Assembly: GCF_009914755.1 (NCBI RefSeq)
Contig: NC_060940.1
DNA length: 64,000 bases
From: the human T2T-CHM13v2.0 reference genome, Homo sapiens
Strand: one strand, 5' to 3'
Every line of letters begins with the position of its first letter. Within the stretch, counting starts at the first letter, position 1. Positions 33,491 through 54,209 of the stretch are shown here, piece by piece. Below the pieces are notes generated by a model. The model made no database searches. It was not told the origin of the DNA and saw only the letters and a program-made list of their open reading frames with translations. Made by a program: the position numbers and the translations under genes.

Positions 33491-34240
33491 CCTTCCTACT
33501 GGAGAAAACTGTGTCCAGATTTACAACAGGGCCAATCAAGGAAATCATGAAAGAGAGTGTGCCTGTGGCAAAAAAGGTGGGGAATGTAGGCTTTCAGGAT
33601 ATGGATCTTGGAGAAATTCAAGAGTGAATAGACATCACACCAGAGGAATTAACAGAAGACCACTTGATGGAGATGAGTGTTTTTGAATCAGTGCCAGATT
33701 ATGAGGAAGAGGATGTAGATGCAGTGCCAGAAAATAAGTTGACATTCGACAATCTGGCAGAGGGGTTCTGATTATTCAAGACTACTTGTGACTTCTTCTA
33801 CCACATGGACCTTTCTATGGTACGGGCACCAAAACTAAAGCAAATGGTGGAAGAAGGATTGGTAACATAAAGAAACATATTTAGAGACATGAAAAAGCAA
33901 AAATGTCAGACAGAAATAATGATGAATTTCTCAGCGTCTGTGTATCTCCTGACTTCCTTCCCATCTCCCCCACCTTTTCTGCCTCTGCCATCCCTGAGAT
34001 GACAGGACCAACCTCTTCTCTTCTTCAGCCTACTCAATGTGAAGACGATATGGATGAAAACCTTTATGATGATCCACTTCCATTTAGTGATAGTGAATAC
34101 ATTCTCTTCCTTATGATTTTATTAGTACTTTTTCTTTTCTGTAGCTTACTGCATTGTAAGAATACAGTATACAATACAAATCACATACAAAATATGTGTT
34201 GAGTGTTTATGTTATTGGTAAGGCTTCTGGCCAATAGTAG

Positions 34241-34579
<339 letters not shown>

Positions 34580-35045
34580 TATATGTGGATTTTTGACTGT
34601 GTGGGAAGGTCAGCACCCCATCCCCTTCATGGGAACTGTAGTCTCATTAAATCCTCACATGTTGCAAGATTGGTTTATTATCCCCATCTTACAGATAAGA
34701 AACTTAAAACCCAAGAGATTGTGTACATTGCCCAGAGTCACATCACTGGTGAGTGGCAGAAACTGGAGCCCCCACCCAGACCATCCCTGACCTGAGCACA
34801 GGTTGCCAAGTGTGCGTGCAGCAGTCAGAGACACTGGGAGATGGTGACTGCCCTCCATATTGAGGCCACTTATATATCTGGCTTCTGTGAAACAGCCTTG
34901 CTTAGCTCCACCACTCAGTTTTGGTCAAATGAACCACAGCAGGATCATGTGGACTTTCTGAGCACTGGTTTGCATGTATGAGTTGGACTTGGTGATCTCT
35001 TTGAGGTGTGTGGACATACTAAGCTAGTGGAAAAAGTGCTGAACA

Positions 35046-35165
35046 GACTGGGACCGGTGGCTCACGCCTGTAATCCCAGCCCTTTGGGAGGCCAAGGCAG
35101 GAGGATCTCTTGAGGCCAGCCTGGGCAACATAGTGAGACCTTGTCTCTACAAAAAAAAATTAAAA
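35046..35165 (+). mobile_element. FLAM/AluJ monomer
   Basis: Left-arm-type monomer with A tail. Confidence 0.8.
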
Positions 35166-35901
35166 AATTTTAAAATGCTGAACAAAAACCCACCTGTGTT
35201 CAATCTTGGCTCCTCCCTGGATAATGTACCCACTCCCAAGTGTAGGTGTTGGTAACTCTTGGCAGTACATCTTAAGCCCAGGTAGCACATCAATTGGAGT
35301 TCCAGACAGTTCCCCAGCTGCCGCCTCAGATGTCTCTACCTGGCTGTCCCACAGGTGCCCATCACTCCACCCGGCATCCCAGCCAGACACCTGGGGGCCC
35401 TGGGGTACTCCCCGAAAACCCCTTGTTCCTCACAACCCCCAGACCCACTACCCCTCCAATGTTACCTCTCAGAGCTCTAGCACCCACCACTTCTCCCTCT
35501 CTGTGCCTCCTCCCCCTGAACTTCCTGCAAACTATCTCCACCCAGTAGCAAAGGAGCTTTTTGAAAAATGGAAATCTGACCATGCTGTCCCAGTTAAATG
35601 TTCTCCCAGGGCTTCCTGGTGTCTTGGGATGAAGATAGCATCTTAAGGCGGCCTCATCCCCAGCCTCTCTATTTTCCTCCCCAGCTCCTAGGACTCTCTG
35701 CTGCTGTCCTGGCTCCAGCCACGCTGGCTTGCAGGGGTCATGCTGCCCTGTGTCACAGGCCTTTCCACATAACATTCCTGTGCTTGACACACTCTTCTGC
35801 TTCCCCAACTCCCAGCCTTTGTCGAGTTAACCAACTTCTGGTCATGGCTCAACCATCACTTGCTTCCCTAAGGAAGCCTTCTCCAACTTCCTACACCATG
35901 T

Positions 35902-36865
35902 CTAGAGCTGTGCAGTCCTCTACGGGACCACTGCCACATGGGGCCATTGAGCCCTTGAAATGTGCAACTGCTGCCGAGAACTGGACATTTTTTATTTTAA
36001 TTAATTTGAATTTCAAACAAGTCACTAGGTTCAGTTACATTTGAAACAAGGGGATATACATCTATTTTTTCAACTGTGAATACTGTGAAATCTAAATATA
36101 GATTATTTCCCACAAAATTTAGATCTCAATTGAGAGGTGTTATAAGAGTACACACCGGGCCGGGCACAGTGGCTCATGCCTGTGGTCCCAGCACTTTGGG
36201 AGGTCGAGGTAGGCGGATCACCTGAGGTCAGGGGTTTGAGACCAGCCTGGCCAACATGAAGAAACCCTGTCTCTACTAAAACTACAAAAAAATTAACCGG
36301 GCGTGGTGGCAGGCACCTGTAATCCCAGCTACTCCAGAGGCTGAGGCAGGAGAATCGCTTGAACCTGGGAGGCAGGTTTCAGTGAGCTGAGATCGTGCCA
36401 TTGCACTCCAGCCCGGGCAAAAAGAGCGAAACTCTGTCTCAAAAAACAAAACAAAACAAAACACTACACCAAATTTCAAAGACTTAGCACAAAACAGGAA
36501 TGTCAAGTAGTTCAATAATCATTTTTATACTGATTCCATGTTATGATGGTATTTTAGGTACACTGGCTTTATTTATTAGTAGACAGGGTCTCGCTCTGTC
36601 GCCCAGGCTGGAGACCTACTGAATTCAGGTCATCCTCCCGCCTCAGCCTTCCGAGTTGCTGGGACCACAGGTGCGTGCCACCACTCCCGGCTTTTTTTTT
36701 TTTTTTCTTTTGTAGAGATAGGGTCTTGCCATGTTGCCCAGGGTGCTCTGGAACTTCTGGGCTCAATCGGATCTTCCTGCCTAGGCCTCCCAAGTAGCTG
36801 GGATTACAGGTGTGAGCCACCGCACCCAGCCGGTATACTGGCTTTAAATGATAAAAATGTTCTGA
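35902..36865 (+). mobile_element. Charlie1/MER33-type hAT relic containing AluS (+, 36158-36465) and internally deleted AluJ (-, 36570-36832)
   Basis: ccacatgggg.cattgagcccttgaaatgtg..; acaccaaatttcaaagacttag; TSD ta(c/t)actggcttt around the AluJ. Confidence 0.7.
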
Positions 36866-36884
36866 ACATTCACCTTCCAGTGTT

Positions 36885-37480
36885 GGCGCACGGGGTGTGG
36901 CGCGGAGTGACCAGCCCTGCCCGCTCCTTTCAGCAGCAGGTGAAGCGGCTGCAGCGCGTTCTTTAACTTTCCCAGAAAGACCTACAGTTTGTAAAGCGCG
37001 CGATCTCATGCATGTCCCAGCCAGCCCAGCAGCTGGGGGGTGCAGGGCCACGTCCAGTCTGGGACGCTGCAGGGGCTTCGCTCCTGGGTCCCACCTCCTG
37101 TGCATCCCAGGGCGCAGCGCGACAGTCTGAGGTGCTGCACGCCGTGGGGAGCCGCGCTGGGGGCGCCTCGGAAGGACGCGGTTCTCCAGCCCTTTCCGTG
37201 CCTAAACAGGACCGAGGCTGAGTTTCTTCACGTGGGTGGAAACTAAAGCGGGGTTGGGGACTGGGCGCCGGCCACGGGTGCGGTTCCAGCAGCGGGAGCG
37301 GGTCCCGGGGCCGGGGGTGGGGGGGGGGGGCTCAGGCACAGCAGGGGGCGAGGGCGCAGCGCCGGGAGTGCAGATCCCAGGGGCCCTCACCGCAGTAGGT
37401 GATGAAGGTGTGCAGCAGCGCCACAAAGCGTTCCACAGGGCACACATACAGCAAAGCAGCACGCTGTGAGCAGTAAAGAT
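36885..37480. promoter_or_regulatory. CpG island with G-run
   Basis: About 600 bp, very GC-rich with many intact CpGs; GGGGCCGGGGGTGGGGGGGGGGGG at ~37307-37330. Confidence 0.75.
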
Positions 37481-38329
37481 ATGCAAGTTTGTCAATTAAA
37501 CTTTCATAAAGCTGGGGAAAACAGAAGAAAAGGAACCACAACAACAAAAAATAAAGCCGAGAAACATTTAAGAGATTTATTAGTTTGTTTTAAAATAACA
37601 GAAGCAAGCCCATTACATGGTAACATAAGTCGCATATTTTTGTGAGAAATGTTTTCCAAAGCAAAAAAAAAAAAAAAAACTGTGGGAAAGTGGCGGTGCT
37701 TCAGTTGTGCGAGCTGTCACGTCCTAACACAGCTGCATCCTCAGCCCGCTGTCCCCCGGCAAGACGCTCCCACTTCCAGTGAAAAGAGATCAATAACGTC
37801 TCCTTATTGTCATGAAACATTCTTGACTCAACCTCACTCAGCTGCTGACAGGGTCGTGAAAATCCCAGGGGTCCCTGGACGGCACAATTGAGTGCCACTG
37901 GTTTTTTGGAGAAAAGTTTGGAGGAGTACTGGGGAGTTTGGAGAGGGTCCAGGGAAGGCCGCACCGACCAGTGGTCTCAGGGCCAGCATCAGAAGGAGCA
38001 GCAAGGAGGTAGAGGCAGGGAGAGGGAGGTAGGAGCTGCCGCATTCCAGGCACAGGGAACTGCAAGTGTTGAGGACCCCAGGCAAGTGCACTGAGGAATG
38101 AAAGGCCGCTGTGGCCAGAGCTGGAGGCAGCAGAAGAGAGGCCCTAGAGGAGGGCAGGGGCCACAGCAGCAGTGAGGCCAGACAAGGGCCGCGGCCTAGA
38201 AGCAAAGGGAAGCCATGGAAGGAGCCTCGGAAAGTGACATCAAGTTTGCATGTTTAAAAGCCACGCTCAAGAAGTGCCGTCAGTCATTAGAGACAGGTAT
38301 CAGCCAAATAATCACATAAATACTTTTAA

Positions 38330-39400
38330 AAAACTAAACAATAATTTGGTAATTTCTTGGCTATGACACTAAAAGCACAGGCAACAAATGAAAAAATAAA
38401 TTGGACTTTATCAAAATTAAAAAACCTTTGCGCATCAAAGGACACTATCAGAGTGAAAAGACACCCCAAAGAATGAGAGAAAATATTTGTGAATGGTTTA
38501 TCTGATAAGGGTTTAATATCCAGAATATAAAAAGAACTTCTACAATTCAATAACAACAAAAAATCTGATTCAAAGGACTTGAATAGACATTTCTCCAAAG
38601 AAGGTCTATAGATGGCCAATAAGCACACAGAAAGATGCTCAACATCACTAGTCATTACCGACATGCAGATCACAAGGAGATGCAACTTCACACTAGGATG
38701 CCTGTTTTTTAAGAAACCAATCAACCAACCAACAAAAAAACAGAGTAATGAGGGTGGTCTAGGCTATGGAGAAATTGAAACCCTTGTACGTATTGCTAGA
38801 AGGAATGTAAGGAATCCACAGCAGCTGTGGATACAGTGTGGCAGTTCCTCACACAATTAAACACAGAATGACATTTGACCCAGCAATTCCACTTTTACAC
38901 ACAGAACTGAAACAGAGACTCACACAGATATTTACACACCAATGTTCAAGCAACATTATTCCCAATAGCCCATACGTCCATCAGCAGATGAATGGATAAG
39001 CAACATGTGGTAAAGACATTCACTGGGAATATTATTCAGCCTTAAAAGGGAAGGAAATTCTGACACATGCTGCAACTGGACACACCTTGAAGACAGTATG
39101 CTAAGTGAAATAAACAAGACACAAAAAGACAAATATTGTATGATTCCGTTTGCAAATGTATCTAGAGTAGTCACTCAGAGACAGAAAACAGAATGGTGAT
39201 TGCAGGGGCTGGGGGAAGGAGGGAATGAGGAGATGTTGTTTAATGGGTACAAAGTTTCAGTTTGGGATGATGGAAAGGCTCTGAAGATGGCTGCAACAGC
39301 ACTGTGAAGGTAATTAATGCCACCGACTCATACAATTAAAAATTGATAAAATAAGTTTTATTATGCATATTTTATCACCAAACAAAAATTGGAAAAAACC
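38330..39400 (+). mobile_element. L1MB 3' end
   Basis: ORF2 C-terminal text plus L1MB 3'UTR (tttaatgggtacaaagtttcagtttgggatgatggaaa). Confidence 0.85.
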
Positions 39401-39656
39401 AAAACACACAAAAAACAAGCCCACCCCTCCCCCACAAAAAAGTTACAGGACAGGCCACCTGGTCTAAATGTATGACACATCCTTCTCTCTCTACATGCCA
39501 GTTGGCAACCTTATTTTAGAATGTCCAAACTTTGCTTAAGAAAAGACTTAAAAGATTCCTCCAAATACCCACCCAACCAAAGTTTATCTGATTTTCAATA
39601 ATAAGGTACCATCCCCAAATATGAAATTCTAAGTCTCATAATAAAACACCTTTGGC

Positions 39657-40006
<350 letters not shown>

Positions 40007-40907
40007 TTAGAGGATTATAAAAATGTACAATACTTTAAAACCATGAAATAAACTAGGTAAAACTAAGAAGACACAAATAAAATACAATGTCCTTGCTGAA
40101 GACTCTGAATAATGGCTTTAAGAAATACCTGAGTCTGGCAAAATACTAGACACTAGAAGTCAGTACCAAGGGCAATTAAATCGATGCTCTTTTCCCGTCA
40201 GCGGGGTAAGCTCTGAAGCCTCCAGAGAGCTGAATCAGACCCGGTGGCTTTCCTGTTTGCTCAAACATTTATTTCTGAAATGGCAGCCATGTCACCAAAT
40301 GATAATACTTAAAGCAAGTTCACAGGTTTTGTTAAAAAAAGAAAACAATCTAGTACATCCACAAATAGGAAACCAAACACACCTGAACACATCTATGATT
40401 AAATAAGAATATTTAATGGCATGGAAAGATACGTACACTATAGGTTCAATATGTTTTCAAAACATACCCAGCACCTATGGCTGCCTGTGCATAGTAAAAA
40501 GATAGAAAGGTACAACAGAATAATTTTTACAATTTACAAAGTTTAATGCAATTGAGAAAGGTTTCTATAAAAATTGTTAAAATAGTTCAGAGGGCAAATG
40601 CTTACTTTGCATAGCAATGCTTCGGTTACCTGGAATGCCCTCCCTTCTTTCTTCCAAGCAATTTTATGCCGCACGATGCTCAGTGGCTCTACTCCAAGTG
40701 CCAACAAGGTGAACAACCCAGTTCCTGCTCTCACGGAACTCACATTCTGGTGGAATTTATTTTTGCAACATACTTGTGACAATATCAAATTAATAAGCCA
40801 TTAGTATTGAAAAGTAATTTACACACTCTCCAGTCTGGTCCTTATTTTGATATATGTCTTCCTATGAGATGGATGCAAACTCACAGCAAAAACTATGTGT
40901 ATACATA

Positions 40908-41231
40908 TAGCCACATGCTGCACGACGTTCAGTCAAGGATGGACCACATATACGGCAGTGGTTCCACAATATTGTATTTTTGCTATGCCTTTTCTATATT
41001 TCGATACACAAATATTTACCACTGTGTTACAACTGCCTACAGTAGTCAGTACAGTCACATGCTGCCCAGGTTTGTAGCCTAGGAGCAATAGGCCATACCA
41101 TAGAGCCCAGGTGCACAGTAGGCTGTACCATCTAGGTTTGCGTGTCACTCTATGATGTTTACACAATGAAAAAATTGCCTAAATGATACATTTCTCAGAA
41201 TATATCCCCATCCTTAACTGATGCGTGACTG
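40908..41231 (+). mobile_element. Tigger3a (MER7A)
   Basis: gacgttcagtcaaggatggaccacatatac..tttgtagcctaggagcaatagg..gcgtgactg|TA. Confidence 0.85.
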
Positions 41232-42043
41232 TATTTTACTAACCTGGCCAGGTGGAACCTTCACCAATAAAAATTCTACATAGAAAATGCTATTTATTGT
41301 TTCTTTCAGACATTAGAGATTCCTTTAGTTTTAAATAATCTTGATATACAAACTTTTTATTTCCCTTGTTCTCCAAATATGATAAACCAAGATTTTTAAT
41401 ATTAACAGGTATGACTTCTGCCTACATACATTGTCTTTGGAAAAGGCAATTATCTGCAACTGTAATTAAACATTCTTTTATTTCCCCCATTGCTAAACAA
41501 TTTCACTCTTCTGGCTAAAATATAAAACCATACAATTATAAATACTTATTTGCAAGGCTTCTCTTTGAACAAATTTGCTTTTTGTATAAGACACTTGCTG
41601 ATCACCTTGTAAGCTACTTAAAACATGGTATGACTTAGAGTGCCTTGTATATTTTAGTTGAATTATAGTTTTGCATTTTAAAATATATCAATTATGCTAT
41701 ATAACAAATTAGTTTTAAATTATAATTGTTATGGGCTTACTATGTGTCAGTCCCCAGGCCTATCAGCATACTGGATGATCAAATTCACAATAGCTCTTGA
41801 GGAATAGAGGAAAATGTACACCCAGAGTTGCTCAGAGAGGTCTGGGCATGTTCCAATTGTCACTTCCCAAGTGGACCCAGCCCTGACAGGATCTTCACAT
41901 CCTCTTCCCTTCTTATGGAGATACAAAGCTGAGCACCTGTCTGCTGACAACTTTAGGTTTTTAGAGAGCCTCTCAGACTAGGGCCAACTGCTCATAATCC
42001 TGCCGACCCTCTTTGGCCCCTATGATGTTGTAAAGGCAATGTG

Positions 42044-42510
<467 letters not shown>

Positions 42511-43496
42511 TAAAGCTGAGGAAAGGTGAATAAAATCAGTGGGCTGTATTGATGTCAACATCCTGATTGTGATATGTGTGAAACATTACCACTGAAAGAA
42601 ATTGGGCAAAATATACAACTATATGTGAATCTATGATTACATCGTATAGGATTAGATTCCCCATAACTATATCAACATACAATCATAAAATACATATATC
42701 GCCTATGTAATAGTATGATTACATCAATATAATGTTTAATTTAAAAAAAGGCAATGTAGCTAGGCAGGTATAACGCATGAGCATAATATGGGAAGCCTAT
42801 CTCACTGATACATACAATTTCCTTGGTCTCTGCACATGAGACAACAATCTCCTAAGTCTAAAGCTTTAAAAAAGTACTTACTGTTACCTTGTCACTATAC
42901 TAATGTGCAGAACATATGACATAAGATAGAAAATGTCCACGAGGGCCAGTGATCAAAGGAACCCATAGATCCCAGGTGCAGAGTAGGCTGTACCATCTAG
43001 GTTTGTGTGTCACTCAAACAAAAAACACAATAAAAACACTACACACTCTTCTCTAAAATTTTGCATGAGAGCTGAGGGTTCAAGTGAATATTTCTTTCTC
43101 TTCTGGAAGACTCCTCATGAAGGTGGTAGCATAAATAATTATCCACAAAGAATTGTCAGGCATTCATCCCTAATGAAAACTACTAAGCCAAAACTAACAA
43201 AAAAAAATTTAATGGTATTTTTGCAGGACAAAATAATTAAACTGAGGCAGGCAGAGGAAAGTAAGAGAATCCACACAACCACAGCTTACATCACTTTAAA
43301 TCTCGACAGCCCCAAGTGATGAGAATGAACCCGGTCCAAGTAGTCCAGGCTTCTCTGTTCCTCTTGCAGGCACAGTTTGTGTAGAGACATCTCTTGAGTT
43401 CTTGCCCACTGACTTGTCATTCACAGGCATTCAAACTGTGATGTTTGAAACTGTCCACCTCTGCAGATCCAGGGACAGTCCCTCCAGTCCAAAGGC

Positions 43497-43727
43497 TCAC
43501 TGAAACTGGCCCTCAGCCCCCTTCAAACTGGACTTCTGGTTTCTTCTTTCCTTCTGCCCCTGAATTTGGAAGAGCTTCTTCCTGAGGTCCTTCTGCCACT
43601 TCAGCTTCTCCTCCTCCTCCTTCTGCTTGGCTCTGAAGTGCTCTTTATTGTGCAGGTGCCGCTGCTCCTTGGCCTTCTTCATCTTCTGACTGTGCACCAT
43701 ACTCAGAGCATCCAGCAGTGTGAGGAT
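43497..43727 (-). pseudogene. BMS1P: BMS1P terminal exon ~23, coding part
   Basis: ILTLLDALSMVHSQKMKKAKEQ..GAEGQFQ*; ATTAAA (minus) at 43208-43213 and AATAAA (minus) at 40268-40273 are candidate polyA signals. Confidence 0.92.
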
Positions 43728-44170
43728 CTGACAAGGACAAAAGCCGGTGAGTATCAGAATGCTCTCAGCCACCACACACTCACATCCTAAGCACTAAGAC
43801 TAGAGGCAACCCACGATCCAAATGAATATTAACCGCATGAAAATGCATCCTGCGCTAGGAAGTCATTGTTGGCATGGAGACACAAGTGTGATCGCATTTT
43901 ACCTTTACTACCTCTGTTCATCATTCTGTGGACACTGTGTGCAGCTAACCAAGACAGAAGGGTTCCCCAGTCATGTGCCTGTTATACCCCATCAAAAGAA
44001 CAGGGCAGAGCAGGACCAGGCAAAGGAAGGGAAATTGACTCCAGCTCTTCCTCTGACTTTAGTTCCAGTGCCCTGAATAACTGAGACTGCAGTAGAAACA
44101 GGAAGTGTGCTACTGAGAGTGTTCTTTTCCTATCTAAATGCAGCGTGCAGTACGGCATGGGCGACAGTAC

Positions 44171-44634
<464 letters not shown>

Positions 44635-44913
44635 CTGAAAAGAAAAATAAAGACTGTGACATATTCAAATTATGATCAATGTGCATTTAAAACTTCTGCA
44701 TAAAATCTTCTCATTGGGTTGACTTTTCCACAAGATCAGTAACACCAGAGTCTGCTGGCCCTGAGAAATCAGGACTCAATCATCCGCCAAGTATGAACTG
44801 CCTCAGTGGACACCCAAATTCTCACTAAACAGTAAACAGAGGTACAGAGAGCTTATACTTACAACTCTCCCCCCGAAACCCACTGTGCCTATTTCTATGG
44901 TATGGAACTATGA

Positions 44914-45414
<501 letters not shown>

Positions 45415-45544
45415 TAAGAAGTTTAAGTTGGTATTCTATTTCTGATGGAAGGATGGCTAAAAGAAGGGAGACTCAAACAACAGATGAAGGCAAAATACTC
45501 TGTACTGAATTTTCAACATAATCTTAAATTCTATGTTTAATTGA

Positions 45545-45773
<229 letters not shown>

Positions 45774-47029
45774 TAACTGCCTCATAAATACTGTTAATAT
45801 ATTGAAAGTTTTGCCCTAAGCTTTTTATTAAAGTCAACTATATAGAAAAAGTTTCTCCTGTCTTGAAATATATTATTAAAGACATCATCCCTAATAATAT
45901 TCCATATTCTCTGTTTAGGAACCCCAGTTGTTTTCAAATTCAAGAATTCAGAGAAATCTACTTGTTACAAAAGAGTAGAATGGATAATGGGCACCACATC
46001 CAGAAGTGTATTTTAATAAAAATTCATGTAAGATGGTTCAAAATTTCATTAACTACTTTATATAAAAAGAAATGCCTGGGAGACTTCTGTTTCTAGCAGA
46101 GTGGCAGAGTGATGCCTTGAACAACCCTCTTATTACAAAACTGAATACTCCACATGAAAACAAATCTTTTCAAATGCATTGTTAAGCTGTGAAGAGAAAA
46201 ACAAAAGTTCTAAGAAACCAAAATCTAAATGAAAACACAAGTCCAGGCAGGCACTGAAAACTTAAAAAAAAAAAAAAAAACTCAAGAGGCCAATTGTTGG
46301 CAAGCATGTGGAACAGCAGGAACTCTTTAAGCTGCTGCTGGTGGTGGAGGCCAAGCCACTGTGCTCCCAGAACACGACACAGAACCCTCCACACTGAAGC
46401 AGAGCACAGGTGCCCTGGAGTCTCCACCCCACCCAGGGATCCCCCAGCAGAAGTGTGTGTGCCCCTGCATACCTGCAAGTCCCATATCCAGACCTAGTGT
46501 TCAGGGCCGTGGGATAACAGCCAAAAATAGGAAATCACTTTACTCATCAATGGAAAAATGGTGACACAGTCATATAATGGAACTCAACAATGACAATAAA
46601 TCAGTATCTGCCATAGACAAGAACACAGATGTATTCTGTAATACTGAACCAAAGAAGCCAGGCTAAATAGAATATGCTGTATTTTATAGAAGTCAAAACC
46701 AGGTAGAACAAATCTACATCAGGAACTGGGAAAGTAGCTATTTTGTGGGTTGGGGCAGCAGTGCCTGGGAGAGGCCACAGGTCAAGGCTACTGCTTGGTC
46801 CAGGGCGTGGCAGCCTGGTGTGCTATAGTTCATCTAGATGCACACTTATGATTTGGGCACTCTTCTGTATGGACATTAACATTTCAATAAAAAGCTTATT
46901 AAAACATTAAAGCTTTCAGAAAAATCCACATTGCTTCAGTAGAAATTAGCACATTAACATTTAAAAAAATACATGTATACGGTGGGGGAAAAAATAGTTC
47001 AAAAGAGTACCCAGTGAAAAGTTTAAGAG

Positions 47030-50890
<3,861 letters not shown>

Positions 50891-51108
50891 AAGAAAAGTT
50901 TGTCTTCAATCCAGAAAGAACCACTATTACCATTTTTTGGTGTTCCATTCCAAAATATCCCACAAATATACAATTGTTCAATCAAATTTAACGTTAGACT
51001 TTATACTTGAATATTCAAAGTACGTAAGAAATTATAGAAAAGTGTCTGTGTGACTCCCTGTCTGTAGAGCACAGGCTTCATCTCCACTAACACACACACG
51101 ACCAGTAC

Positions 51109-51284
51109 CTTATACAGAGAGTCCTTATTTGCCTTTAGTCTGACACCATAGGCGAGCCTGAGTTGGCCCGTGGTCCACATTCCTGACCAGGTGTCTTTCT
51201 CACCCACTGGTTTCAACAAAGATGTTACTGGGTTATAGAAGGCTGGGATGGAAACAGGATACCAAGTTCGCATGAAGACAATAT
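51109..51284 (-). pseudogene. BMS1P: BMS1P exon ~21 (176 nt)
   Basis: IVFMRTWYPVSIPAFYNPVTSLLKPVGEKDTWSG..KDSLYK|gt. Confidence 0.92.
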
Positions 51285-51627
51285 CTGAAAAGAGGTAATT
51301 TACTTTAACATTTTCAAAAGAAGATTCATATCCATATTGCGAAGAAACAAAAGAACAAAACCTTCACTCCAAACTTCTCTACCTGGCTGCAAAGTATTTG
51401 AAGGGAAAGCTCGCTAAGGAAACTATTCTCATAGATCACAGAACTGTTACTGGGTGTGGCCAGGGTACTGCAGACACAAAGCGAATGGGCACACCGCATA
51501 AGACTGGGAGATCTAAGGCTGGAGCTGCTCAACTCTCTGGAGACCTGACTCCAGCCTCTCGTCATACTGGCTAGAAGTCAAGCATGAATGGTAATACCCT
51601 GCCCTGAACACTACTTAAGACACTCAC

Positions 51628-51775
51628 CGCTCATCAGCAGCTTATCCTCAAAGCTGGCCCGGAAAGCTCCTTCTGGAGCACAGAGTGCTTTCTTGATCTG
51701 CCCCCTTATCCCACTGACAGTTCAAATCACAGCACCTTCAAATTTGGCCACTTCCAAGGCAGAATTAAATATTCC
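51628..51775 (-). pseudogene. BMS1P: BMS1P exon ~20 (148 nt, premature stop)
   Basis: [29 protein letters not shown]..; TGA at 51722-51724 (probably CGA>TGA). Confidence 0.92.
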
Positions 51776-52690
51776 CTACAGGTATAGCAAGATAAAAACA
51801 CACACACACACAAAATCGTATACTTTATGCTTTACTTCTTACTTCAAACATACATCCTTGATTAAAGAACAAAAACAACTCACTGAAGGGTGATAAAATA
51901 ATCAAAATGTATTTGCCCCTGAAAGTGGAATTACTACCTCAAAAAGAATACAACTCTTTCATTTTCCCCAAAATAATCATGTGAGTTCATGGGCATGCTC
52001 ATCACTGCTGTCTGTGTGGAAGAGAAGATCGAAGAGGGATTTACTGGACTGAACTGGCCTAGGAAGCCTTTGCTGGCATCTCTCAGACTGGACTGCAGCC
52101 CAGATCCTTTTACTTAGATGCATGCACTTAGAACACGAAAACAGTAAGATAAACGCCGGTGGTATTATTACTTTATATTCCAAGAACATTTTAAGACTTC
52201 CTAACTCTGTGTTTTCAATAGAAACATCCTCACTAATGAAATTGTCAATAAATGTGCTCAAACCACCCTCCCCAAATACTGAAAAACAGTACATCCGTTT
52301 CTCTGTACCCTTGCCAAGTTGTTTGCAAATGCTTTGTCAATTTTTCTACTGAGTTAGACAAACTTGTGATTTTTTTCCCTTTCTTAACACAAATTTAAAA
52401 AGTAGGAAACAAAACCTAGTGGATAAAATGACATATTTTCAATATGAGTTCTGTGGCAGTCTCACATGGAAGTCAGGAGTAACAGCCTCAATTCCTAAAT
52501 AGCTGTTTACCTCTGCTTTTTTGAGCATATTTAAGTAATACAGAATATAAAGGAGCAAACAAAATATGAAGTTTATAAAAGATTTCAAACACTTTTCTAA
52601 AAATATGAGGCCCATATTTTAGACGTATTTCATTCCTTTTCTCAAACAATATGGACATTTATAAATTTGAGAATATATAGATATACAGAC

Positions 52691-52813
52691 CTTAATAAAT
52701 GAAGTGTTCTTGAAAATTTTATATGGAAAACCAGTTAGCTTTAATTTCTTCACAATTTTTATGGATTTATCCAGATCAAGGACAACTCCTGTGGCAGCTA
52801 TCCGAAAATCAGG
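52691..52813 (-). pseudogene. BMS1P: BMS1P exon ~19 (123 nt)
   Basis: [41 protein letters not shown]. Confidence 0.92.
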
Positions 52814-52988
52814 CTAACAGGAACCCCAAAATTTGAAAATAGGAAAAATATTAGCAAGAGAAAAACTTCAATTCTATTTGACACAATAAATTACCAAAGT
52901 GAATTTTACTTACAATTAGCTAAGAAAAACAAGAGAGACCATCTGAACTTGCAACCCAGTGGTTTGACAAAAGCAATCCAAAACTTTA

Positions 52989-53370
<382 letters not shown>

Positions 53371-53904
53371 TTACTATAATGATTTATTTGGAACGAAATG
53401 GAAAAGAAAAATACAGTTGCAATGTTTAGGAAACTAAAATTTGGACCTCCAGGGAAGATTCCATCTGCTCATTATTCTGCTTCCTTCTCTGTTAAATGGG
53501 ACCAGTAAACCCTGCCCTGCCTGACTGGTCAAATGAAAATGGAGTGAACAGACTGCTACCCCAGCACAGCTGCAGGGAGTCTTGTATCTGGGTGGTCTCT
53601 GATGGCTCCTCACAACCTCATATAGTGCTTAGCACATGGTGAGCACTGCTTAAGTACCTCCTTAGATGAATAAATGCAAAAGATGCACAAAAATAGGAAA
53701 TGTACCATCATAATTCTTCCACCTCCCCTCCTCTAATCCCACACCCTACTGAAAAGGATGTACAAAGATTAAAAGCAAAGGGAAATTTACTTTATATTAA
53801 TAAAAATGTGTAATTTTCAACTTAAAGTCTGATGTACATAATAACCCATATTCAGGATATATTTCTCAAACCAATCTGTAAAAGAAATCATCCAAGATAG
53901 TTAC

Positions 53905-53963
53905 CATTATGCCACTGACAGACTGTATTGCCAAGAAACCAGTTCCCTGTGGAGTGACAGGGT
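53905..53963 (-). pseudogene. BMS1P: BMS1P exon ~18 (59 nt)
   Basis: PVTPQGTGFLAIQSVSGIM|gtaact. Confidence 0.9.
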
Positions 53964-54209
53964 CTTAAAGGAAAAGGAAAAAAAGAAATATAGCAAACCA
54001 CAAATTTTAGATTCTAGTTTAACATACTGGATATGGACATTTAGATTTGGATATAGATTTACATATATACTCCAAACCACCTCCCTGCTCCCAGAAAAGA
54101 GAAAAATCTTAGAAGTGGAATTTTATGAAAGGAAAAGCACAAAGCTAAAATAACACAGCCTGTAAGGTTTAATCTCGGCAATAGGCAAGTTATTGTAATC
54201 ATATTTTAC

